Virus record (IMG/VR): IMGVR_UViG_3300042502_001806
DNA from: an uncultured virus (IMG/VR IMGVR_UViG_3300042502_001806)
Lineage: Duplodnaviria; Heunggongvirae; Uroviricota; Caudoviricetes
Strand: one strand, 5' to 3'
Length of the DNA: 64,000 nt
Shown here: positions 1 to 6,312 of the stretch, piece after piece
How the letters are laid out: every line of letters begins with the position of its first letter
How positions within the stretch are numbered: the stretch's first letter is position 1
Made by a program: the position numbers and the translations under genes
Notes under the pieces: generated by a model
The model's input: the letters and a program-made list of their open reading frames with translations, nothing else
What the model was told of the DNA's origin: nothing
Database searches by the model: none

Positions 1-491
1 ACAATCAAGATTATAATATAACTGGTGCTTTATCAACCGGATCTGATTATAGAGTAAAAGATGGTGATGAAGTTAGTTCAACTGCTTTATCTGAATTGGA
101 ATGTCCTATTTTGGCGATGTGTTTTGGATATCAATCAATGGCTAAATTCTATGGTGTTAATATAGATAGTGGTGAAGAGAACTGTGGATTATTTAATTTA
201 AGTGATTATGATGATTCACACTTTTTATTCAAAGGTATAGATTTATCTCAACAAAAGGTAAGTTTTTGTTTTCATGATTATCCAAATAGTGTTCCTCAGG
301 GATTTGAAGTAATTGCTATGTTAGGTGATGTAATATCTGGAATATCTTCTAAGAATAGATATGGTTTGTTATTTCATCCTGAAGAGTTAGAATCTACATA
401 TACTATATTGGATAACTTTATAAATAGTTGTAAAGTAAATAAAGGTTCTGAAATGAAATATTTACAAACTTTTGAAAGATTTAGAAAATAA
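1..491 (+). CDS. Class I glutamine amidotransferase (GMP synthase GATase-like), 5' truncated by window
   Basis: Frame is open from the window start; nucleophile elbow AMCFGYQ and catalytic FHPE; ends in MKYLQTFERFRK. Confidence 0.8.
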   Translation, partial: NQDYNITGALSTGSDYRVKDGDEVSSTALSELECPILAMCFGYQSMAKFYGVNIDSGEENCGLFNLSDYDDSHFLFKGIDLSQQKVSFCFHDYPNSVPQGFEVIAMLGDVISGISSKNRYGLLFHPEELESTYTILDNFINSCKVNKGSEMKYLQTFERFRK

Positions 492-503
492 ATCATATCT
501 TTG
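471..503 (+). promoter_or_regulatory. Bacteroidota-type housekeeping promoter (-33 TTTG / -7 TAnnTTTG)
   Basis: TTTG 471-474, 21-nt spacer, TATCTTTG 496-503, just upstream of the ATG at 527. Confidence 0.7.
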
Positions 504-526
504 TACTTAAATTAAAAATATTAAAA

Positions 527-922
527 ATGTCAAATATTAAAAATTGGGGTGAGTTCCTAAAAGACGTACCAACAGATGCTTTATTATCTGAGGTAGAAAA
601 GAGAAAAATTAAACAATCTACTTCAGTAAGTGAATCAGCAAATGAAATCATGAGTCAAATCGATAAAGCGATTGAAATGTTTGGTAGTTATAGTTTTGAT
701 GATAAAGGACCTTGGGAGGTTATGGATATTAATTCCATTAAGAAAAATCTATCTACAAAATCAATAAAGGAAATTGCTGCTATATTATCTGAGATTTTAG
801 ATAACTATTCAAATTATGAAAGAGCATTTAGTGTTGTTGGTTGTATCATTGGTGAGTTTGATAGTCTACCAGAAGATGAATTTGACGAACTTTTAGATTC
901 TGATGAAAGATTTGAATATTAA
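527..922 (+). CDS. Hypothetical protein
   Basis: 131-aa ORF with A-rich start context and a preceding promoter. Confidence 0.7.
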   Translation: MSNIKNWGEFLKDVPTDALLSEVEKRKIKQSTSVSESANEIMSQIDKAIEMFGSYSFDDKGPWEVMDINSIKKNLSTKSIKEIAAILSEILDNYSNYERAFSVVGCIIGEFDSLPEDEFDELLDSDERFEY

Positions 923-937
923 AAAAACCAAAATAAA

Positions 938-969
938 TTTGGTAGATTAAAAACAAATACATATCTTTG
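938..969 (+). promoter_or_regulatory. Bacteroidota-type promoter driving the leader/tRNA array
   Basis: TTTG 938-941, 20-nt spacer, TATCTTTG 962-969. Confidence 0.75.
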
Positions 970-1010
970 TACTATACTATTAAGAAATAGTAAAAAGGAA
1001 GAATAATATT

Positions 1011-1020
1011 TTAATATATA
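1011..1020 (+). promoter_or_regulatory. Putative phage late-type promoter motif TTAATATATA
   Basis: The same 10-mer recurs just upstream of many minus-strand structural or tagged genes. Confidence 0.55.
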
Positions 1021-1027
1021 AGAAATA

Positions 1028-1123
1028 ATGAAAACAATTAACGTAAATATCGCACAAGTTAACCCGCAACCTCAGGATCAGGATTCTAAGGAAGTGACTA
1101 ACTATGTCTTTACAATAAGTTAA
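1028..1123 (+). CDS. Putative attenuator leader peptide (31 aa, MKTINVNIAQVNPQPQDQDSKEVTNYVFTIS)
   Basis: ATG 1028 to TAA 1123; Pro/Gln/Asp cluster at 1064-1084; GACTAACT 1096-1103 is complementary to the terminator 5' arm. Confidence 0.7.
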   Translation: MKTINVNIAQVNPQPQDQDSKEVTNYVFTIS

Positions 1124-1147
1124 TTTGAAACATTAAACGATTTGTAT

Positions 1148-1180
1148 AACCCAGTTAGTCTTTGATTAACTGGGTTTTTT
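1148..1180 (+). terminator. Intrinsic terminator (attenuator) before the Pro/Asp tRNA array
   Basis: AACCCAGTTAGTC-ttt-GATTAACTGGGTT 13-bp stem (one G-U) followed by a T run. Confidence 0.85.
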
Positions 1181-1195
1181 GTTTTAAGTAAAAAA

Positions 1196-1269
1196 CGGGT
1201 AGTGACTAAGGTTTTAAGCACGGGTGTTCTGGAGACATCAGTTAGTCGGTTCGATTCCGACCTACCCGA
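1196..1269 (+). tRNA. tRNA-Pro(TGG)-like, atypical (C33, A37, weak D-arm)
   Basis: Acceptor CGGGTAG/CTACCCG with A73; T-arm GTCGG-TTCGATT-CCGAC; anticodon stem GGTGT/ACATC with loop TCTGGAG. Confidence 0.65.
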
Positions 1270-1331
1270 CACGAAGTATAATTGGACAGAAACGTACTCT
1301 TTCGAGAATAGAGTAAAAGAATTCTCAAAAA

Positions 1332-1419
1332 CTAGTTGTGTAGGCAATTGGCAGCCGACCTGATTTGGATTCAGGAATGAACATAAAGTTCTATGTGGGT
1401 TCGAGTCCCATCAACTAGA
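1332..1419 (+). tRNA. tRNA-Pro(TGG) with long variable arm, atypical
   Basis: Acceptor CTAGTTG/CAACTAG with A73; anticodon stem CCTGA/TCAGG, loop TTTGGAT; 19-nt variable region; T-arm GTGGG-TTCGAGT-CCCAT. Confidence 0.7.
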
Positions 1420-1428
1420 CAAAAATAC

Positions 1429-1501
1429 GGATGTGAGGTCAAACGGTTAAGATGTCTGCCTGTCACGCAGTTCGGAGCGGGTTCAACTCCCGTCACGTCC
1501 G
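1429..1501 (+). tRNA. tRNA-Asp(GTC)
   Basis: Acceptor GGATGTG/CACGTCC with G73; loop CTGTCAC; T-arm GCGGG-TTCAACT-CCCGT. Confidence 0.85.
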
Positions 1502-1507
1502 CAAATT

Positions 1508-1579
1508 GGTCCTGTAGTTAAACGGCTATAATGTCGCCCTGTCACGGCGAAGTTCGGAGTTCGATTCTCCGTGGGACCG
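1508..1579 (+). tRNA. tRNA-Asp(GTC)
   Basis: Acceptor GGTCCTG/TGGGACC with G73; stem TCGCC/GGCGA, loop CTGTCAC; T-loop TTCGATT. Confidence 0.9.
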
Positions 1580-1634
1580 CTAACAGAAAGGTTGTTAACA
1601 CCGCTACCTGAAAATAAAAGAAAGTTAACAAAAT

Positions 1635-1706
1635 GGTCTTGTCGTCCAATGGTAGGATAACCCGTTGTCTGCGGGATGGTTGCGGGTTCGAATCCCGTCA
1701 GGACCG
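1635..1706 (+). tRNA. tRNA-Asp(GTC), atypical anticodon loop (U37)
   Basis: Acceptor GGTCTTG/CAGGACC with G73; CCCG-TTGTCTG-CGGG; T-arm GCGGG-TTCGAAT-CCCGT. Confidence 0.8.
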
Positions 1707-1715
1707 CTAAAACTA

Positions 1716-1788
1716 CGGGATGTAGTTCAGTTGATAGAACGCTCGGTTTGGGACCGAGAGGTCGCAGGTTTGAGTCCTGCCATCCCGA
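1716..1788 (+). tRNA. tRNA-Pro(TGG)
   Basis: Acceptor CGGGATG/CATCCCG with A73; CTCGG-TTTGGGA-CCGAG; canonical D-arm. Confidence 0.9.
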
Positions 1789-1819
1789 CAAAGAAATAAA
1801 ATATTAATAAATAGAAATT

Positions 1820-1870
1820 ATGAGAACAACAACACAATACCAGCAACAACAAATTAATCCAACGGATTGA
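1820..1870 (+). CDS. Putative Gln-sensing attenuator leader peptide (16 aa, MRTTTQYQQQQINPTD)
   Basis: ATG 1820 to TGA 1870; 5 Gln codons (CAA tac CAG CAA CAA CAA); stop codon lies in a segment complementary to the terminator 5' arm. Confidence 0.8.
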   Translation: MRTTTQYQQQQINPTD

Positions 1871-1898
1871 TAACGGTATCGTATTGTTTAAACTTTAC

Positions 1899-1932
1899 AA
1901 ACCCTATTCAATCTGATTGAGTAGGGTTTTTT
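1899..1932 (+). terminator. Intrinsic terminator (attenuator) before tRNA-Gln x2 and glnS
   Basis: AAACCCTATTCAA-tctga-TTGAGTAGGGTTT stem followed by a T run, ending 2 nt before tRNA-Gln. Confidence 0.85.
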
Positions 1933-1934
1933 AT

Positions 1935-2006
1935 TGCTCCATAGTATATGGGTGATCATATCTGTCTTTGAAACAGATGAGCTTGGTTCGAGTCCAAGTG
2001 GAGCAA
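1935..2006 (+). tRNA. tRNA-Gln(TTG)
   Basis: Acceptor TGCTCCA/TGGAGCA; TCTGT-CTTTGAA-ACAGA; T-arm CTTGG-TTCGAGT-CCAAG. Confidence 0.85.
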
Positions 2007-2012
2007 CAACAT

Positions 2013-2083
2013 TGTCTCGTAGTGTAACGGCAGCACAGAAGATTTTGACTCTTCTAGTCTAGGTTCGAATCCTAGCGAGACAA
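2013..2083 (+). tRNA. tRNA-Gln(TTG)
   Basis: Acceptor TGTCTCG/CGAGACA; GAAGA-TTTTGAC-TCTTC; T-arm CTAGG-TTCGAAT-CCTAG. Confidence 0.9.
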
Positions 2084-2101
2084 CTAAAAAATATAAACAT
2101 T

Positions 2102-3706
2102 ATGAATTTCATTGAAGATAAAATACTAGAAAAAGGTAATCTTGATAAATTAACATTAAGATTTCCACCAGAACCAAATGGTTACTTACATATTGGTCAC
2201 GCTAAATCTATTATACTAAATTTTGGTTTAGCTGAAAAATATAATAGACCTTGTAACTTGAGATTTGATGATACAAATCCAACTACTGAAGATACACACT
2301 TTGTTGAATCAATTATAAAAGATATAGAATGGTTAGGCTACAAACCAGCCAATATTTTTTATACATCTGATTATTTTGATTTTCTTTATGATTGTGCTGT
2401 TACTTTAATTAAAAAAGGATTAGCTTATGTTGATGATTCAACATCTGAAGAAATTGCTTTAATGAAAGGAACTCCAACTTCAGTTGGTAAAGACTCACCT
2501 TATAAATCTAGAAGTATAGAAGAAAACTTAGACTTATTTAATAGAATGAGATTAGGTGAATTTGTTGAAGGTTCTAAAATATTGAGAGCCAACATTGATA
2601 TGACTTCTCCAAATATGATTTTAAGAGATCCGGTTCTTTATAGAATAATATCTAAGTCACATCACAAAACTGGTGATACTTGGAAGATTTATCCAATGTA
2701 TGACTTTGCTCATCCACTTTCTGATTATAAAGAAGGTATCACCGATTCTTTATGTACTTTAGAATTTGAGGTTCATAGACCTTTATATATGTGGGTATTA
2801 GAAAATTGTGATTTAGAAAATCCACTTTCAGAAGAAACTGAGTTTGCTCGTTTGAACATTGACTATACAGTTATGTCAAAAAGAAAATTAAAAAGATTAG
2901 TTGAAGAAGGATTTGTAGATGGTTGGGATGATCCAAGAATGCCAACTATTTCTGGTTTAAGAAGAAGAGGTTTTACGCCAAATGCTATTAAAGACTTTTG
3001 TGATAGAATTTCTGTTACTAGAAAAGAATCAGTTGTTTCTTATTTACTTTTAGAAGAATGTTTAAGAACTGATTTGAATGTAGTCACTAATAGATTAATG
3101 GGTGTTATGGATCCAGTTAAGTTAGTTATTACCAATTGGGATATGGGAACTGAAATGGTTGAAGTTGAAAACAATCCTGGTGATGAAAGTGCTGGTATGA
3201 GAATGATTCCTTTTAGTGGTGAACTATTTATTGAAAGAGAAGATTTTAGAGAAGAAGCTAATAACAAATTTCATAGATTGAAACTAGGTGGTGAAGTAAG
3301 ATTAAAAGGTGCTTATGTTATTATGGCTAACGAAGTTATCAAAGATGAATTTGGAGAAATCACTGAGATCAGATGTGCTTACGATCCTTTAACAAGATCA
3401 GGTATGACTTTTGAAAGAAAGATTAAAGGAACTATTCACTGGGTATCTGCTGAGCACGGAGTCAGAGTTGGTGTAAATGAATATGAAAGATTATTTAATG
3501 ATGAATCACCGGATAAAAATGAAGATGATTTTATCAATTACATCAACCCAGGTTCACTTATAATTAATGATAAGGCAATCTTTGAGCCTCACGTTTTAAA
3601 CGTCAAGGAGCCAGTTCAAATGATGAGAAAAGGGTATTATATTTTAGATACTGATGGTAAAAGTTTCAACAAAACTGTTAGTTTGAAAGAAGGGTGGGTA
3701 GGTTAA
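2102..3706 (+). CDS. glnS: Glutaminyl-tRNA synthetase
   Basis: RFPPEPNGYLHIGH (HIGH), VMSKRKL (KMSKS-like), YPMYDFAH, GWDDPRMPT, KGTIHWVS anticodon-binding barrel. Confidence 0.97.
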   Translation: MNFIEDKILEKGNLDKLTLRFPPEPNGYLHIGHAKSIILNFGLAEKYNRPCNLRFDDTNPTTEDTHFVESIIKDIEWLGYKPANIFYTSDYFDFLYDCAVTLIKKGLAYVDDSTSEEIALMKGTPTSVGKDSPYKSRSIEENLDLFNRMRLGEFVEGSKILRANIDMTSPNMILRDPVLYRIISKSHHKTGDTWKIYPMYDFAHPLSDYKEGITDSLCTLEFEVHRPLYMWVLENCDLENPLSEETEFARLNIDYTVMSKRKLKRLVEEGFVDGWDDPRMPTISGLRRRGFTPNAIKDFCDRISVTRKESVVSYLLLEECLRTDLNVVTNRLMGVMDPVKLVITNWDMGTEMVEVENNPGDESAGMRMIPFSGELFIEREDFREEANNKFHRLKLGGEVRLKGAYVIMANEVIKDEFGEITEIRCAYDPLTRSGMTFERKIKGTIHWVSAEHGVRVGVNEYERLFNDESPDKNEDDFINYINPGSLIINDKAIFEPHVLNVKEPVQMMRKGYYILDTDGKSFNKTVSLKEGWVG

Positions 3707-4086
3707 GCTACCTCCCATCTACCATCTGATAAAAATTTATAAGAGCCGACAAACTCAAATTTTTTCCATTGGTCTGGAGATATTAAGGAAAGGAATTCTT
3801 CATTGGATTCCTTTTTATATAAGTGATAAATTTCACCAGATATTGGAGTAAAGTTGTGAGTAGCCATATAAAGTCTTTCATTCATTTTAATTTCTGACAT
3901 TAGCTTTTGATACTCTTTGGTCATTTCGTCAAATTTTGACGAATAGTATTTTTTTATCTTAGTAGTTTTTTCAATTTTAAAAAGACTAATATTATCTGGT
4001 TCAAATTTTGGCGCGCCAATTTCCGTTGGATAAGTCTTACTCATTCGATTTTCTACAAAACTATCAGGTCTTTTCTTCTGTTCCAT
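3703..4086 (-). CDS. DUF2452-like protein
   Basis: EIGAPKFEP and YHLY...FLSLISPDQW pattern, recalled as DUF2452. Confidence 0.6.
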   Translation of the reverse strand: MEQKKRPDSFVENRMSKTYPTEIGAPKFEPDNISLFKIEKTTKIKKYYSSKFDEMTKEYQKLMSEIKMNERLYMATHNFTPISGEIYHLYKKESNEEFLSLISPDQWKKFEFVGSYKFLSDGRWEVA

Positions 4087-4195
4087 ACAATTATATTTAT
4101 AATATTAATAATGTTTATAAAGGATATCATGATGTTTCATGAATTTAAATTTCCTAAAACAAAAAAAAATTATTATATTTGTGAATATATAATCT

Positions 4196-4651
4196 ATGTA
4201 CTGCGTTTACAAAATTAAATTTACTAAGTCACCATTTGACTTAAATGAGGACTATGACAGACTTTCTGACATAGACAAGGAGAAGATTGCTGATATGAAT
4301 GCGGATTCTTTTTTTGATTATGAAGAAGATGGCGTTTATACATTTTTTACTATAGCTGAACCAATCGAAGTTAAAAGATATTTAGGTGTACTTTCAGAAA
4401 ATTTAGTTAAATTTGAACTAACTGATTTATCTAAAGATATATTAAAATCAAATTTTGATTTAAATTTAGAATTAGGTCCTAAAGTGAATCCAATTGATTC
4501 AATGAAATTTTCATTTTTTATTGATGATTTAGATGATTGGATATACAACAATTTAGATATTGACACTATATTAGATAGAATAAGTCAAGTGGGGTTAGAC
4601 TCACTTACTAAAGTAGAAAAAGAATTTCTTAACAATAATTATAACGTATGA
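4196..4651 (+). CDS. Hypothetical protein
   Basis: 151-aa ORF; C-terminal IDTILDRISQVGLDSLTKVEKEFL helical-hairpin motif. Confidence 0.7.
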   Translation: MYCVYKIKFTKSPFDLNEDYDRLSDIDKEKIADMNADSFFDYEEDGVYTFFTIAEPIEVKRYLGVLSENLVKFELTDLSKDILKSNFDLNLELGPKVNPIDSMKFSFFIDDLDDWIYNNLDIDTILDRISQVGLDSLTKVEKEFLNNNYNV

Positions 4652-4824
4652 AAAAATTAAAAGAACTAAGAGCTAAATTTATTATGAGTTGGGCTCAACC
4701 AATGGCTGACTTTTTAATTGAAAGATTAGAAATGTCAACAGACAATCAAGAATTTGAAACTTGGTTTAATATAGCATTATATTTAGACCTTTATTGTACA
4801 AACAAAGGAGTGTACTTAAATTAA
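4648..4824 (+). CDS. Small hypothetical protein (58 aa, not in ORF track)
   Basis: ATGA overlap with the upstream stop; MKKLKELRAKF...GVYLN fills the gap exactly. Confidence 0.65.
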   Translation: MKKLKELRAKFIMSWAQPMADFLIERLEMSTDNQEFETWFNIALYLDLYCTNKGVYLN

Positions 4825-4828
4825 AAAA

Positions 4829-5245
4829 ATGAAATTATTTTTAGACGACATCAGAATTCCAGGAATGGCTCATAACGCAGTTAAGGGTTTAGGATTGGAT
4901 TATATGGCTACTGACAAGTGGACTATTGCTCGTGACTATTTTGAATTTGTTGATATTGTTAATAAACATTTTAACGAAATTGAATTAGTTTCATTTGATC
5001 ATGATTTGGCTTGTGTAGATAAAGATGGTAAAGAGTGGACTGGTAAAGATGCGGCTGATTATTTAATCAACTATTGTTTAGACCATGTAAAACACTTCCC
5101 AGATTGGTATGCTCATACTGATAATACTTCTGGTCGTCAAAATATAATTGGAGCTATCAACGGATATTTGAAGGCAATCGAAGGTAAAGACATTACCGAC
5201 TTCAGATATTACCACAACGGAATTGTTAACGGTAAATTTGTATAA
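4829..5245 (+). CDS. Cyclic-phosphate-processing receiver-like domain protein
   Basis: KLFLDDIR, VSFDHDL, TGKD, HTDNxxG motifs. Confidence 0.7.
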   Translation: MKLFLDDIRIPGMAHNAVKGLGLDYMATDKWTIARDYFEFVDIVNKHFNEIELVSFDHDLACVDKDGKEWTGKDAADYLINYCLDHVKHFPDWYAHTDNTSGRQNIIGAINGYLKAIEGKDITDFRYYHNGIVNGKFV

Positions 5246-5548
5246 ATGAATTTCATCAAAAGACATTTAATTGAAAAGATAAACGAACAGATAAAGCTAA
5301 AACAAGCTACTCTAAAACATGACCATTTCTACTACTTTGATGAACCTATCAAAGATGGTAAAAGATTGATTGATAGAGTTAATAGATGGAACCCTTTTAC
5401 TAAGGAGGAAATTCTACCAACTACTTGGTATGCCTTAGATGGCTCTTCTTTAAGAGAACTTTATATGAAGTTAAAATATAACCAGTTTTACATCTATAAG
5501 AAATTAGACGATGGTAAAAGCTACAAAACAAGAATTAAAAACAAATGA
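5246..5548 (+). CDS. Hypothetical protein
   Basis: 100-aa ORF abutting both neighbours. Confidence 0.7.
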   Translation: MNFIKRHLIEKINEQIKLKQATLKHDHFYYFDEPIKDGKRLIDRVNRWNPFTKEEILPTTWYALDGSSLRELYMKLKYNQFYIYKKLDDGKSYKTRIKNK

Positions 5549-6255
5549 TAGTTGGAGTAAGTTTTAAGTATCACACTAATTACGATTATGACGCTAATAG
5601 AGATTGTAGTGCTCACGGTTGTGATGAGGAAGGCATTTGCCGTTGTGAAACCTTAGAAAATGCTCATGTTGTAACAGTTGACATACCTTCAATAGGTAAC
5701 GAAATATATAACTCTATTTTTGATAACTCTTTATCTTCAAAGAGAAACTCAGCTATTAATTCTATATTAGGTGGTGTTTCAAAAGAAATTGATATTTATA
5801 CTATTGATAGAATTTTAAGAATTAATAAAGCATATGAACCAACTAATTGGGAAGTTCAGGTTTGTGGTGGATATTATGGTCAAGAAATTGATGATGTCTT
5901 ATTAGAGAATTCTGTTGCTCAAAAAATTGAGAACCAAATTAATGAAGCTCTTTCAATAATTGACTTAGCACCAAGAATTGAATATCTTCTAATGTTAGAG
6001 TATGGTAGTATTCTACCAGCTTTACAAGGTCGTCAATATTCAATTGAAACGGTTGAAAGAGATAGTATAATCTTTGGTAGTGACGAACATTATAGAAAAG
6101 TAAATACTAAAAGCCTTGGTCATTATTCTGATAAGAATTATGATGGTATTAGAGGTATTGCTTTAGTTAAAGATGATAGATATAGATTGATAGATGGTTA
6201 TCACCGTTCATCAACATCGGAGAATATTAAGATTCAACTTTTAATCGCAAGATGA
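5545..6255 (+). CDS. Hypothetical protein with C-terminal ParB/Srx-like motif
   Basis: YRLIDGYHR motif; N-terminal CxxxxCxxxxxCxC cluster. Confidence 0.55.
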   Translation: MIVGVSFKYHTNYDYDANRDCSAHGCDEEGICRCETLENAHVVTVDIPSIGNEIYNSIFDNSLSSKRNSAINSILGGVSKEIDIYTIDRILRINKAYEPTNWEVQVCGGYYGQEIDDVLLENSVAQKIENQINEALSIIDLAPRIEYLLMLEYGSILPALQGRQYSIETVERDSIIFGSDEHYRKVNTKSLGHYSDKNYDGIRGIALVKDDRYRLIDGYHRSSTSENIKIQLLIAR

Positions 6256-6312
6256 TTTTTCGTATAAAGTTAAACAATACAATCGTGATAAAGCACTAGA
6301 ACAAATTGGAAT

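Noticed and set aside
1584..1633. preQ1-I riboswitch before tRNA-Asp
   Set aside because: It has an A-rich pseudoknot-like layout, but the conserved loop residues and 3' tail are not recognisable; kept only as an unassigned structure.
1120..1791. Minus-strand ORFs 1120-1347 and 1483-1791
   Set aside because: They are antisense translations of the tRNA genes (GRSESNR, GWQDSNLRP and GFEPAT are typical artefacts).
1028..1932. T-box riboswitches as the control for tRNA/glnS
   Set aside because: No T-box consensus (GGTGGNACC) precedes either terminator and the leaders are too short for stem I; translated leaders explain the pattern better.
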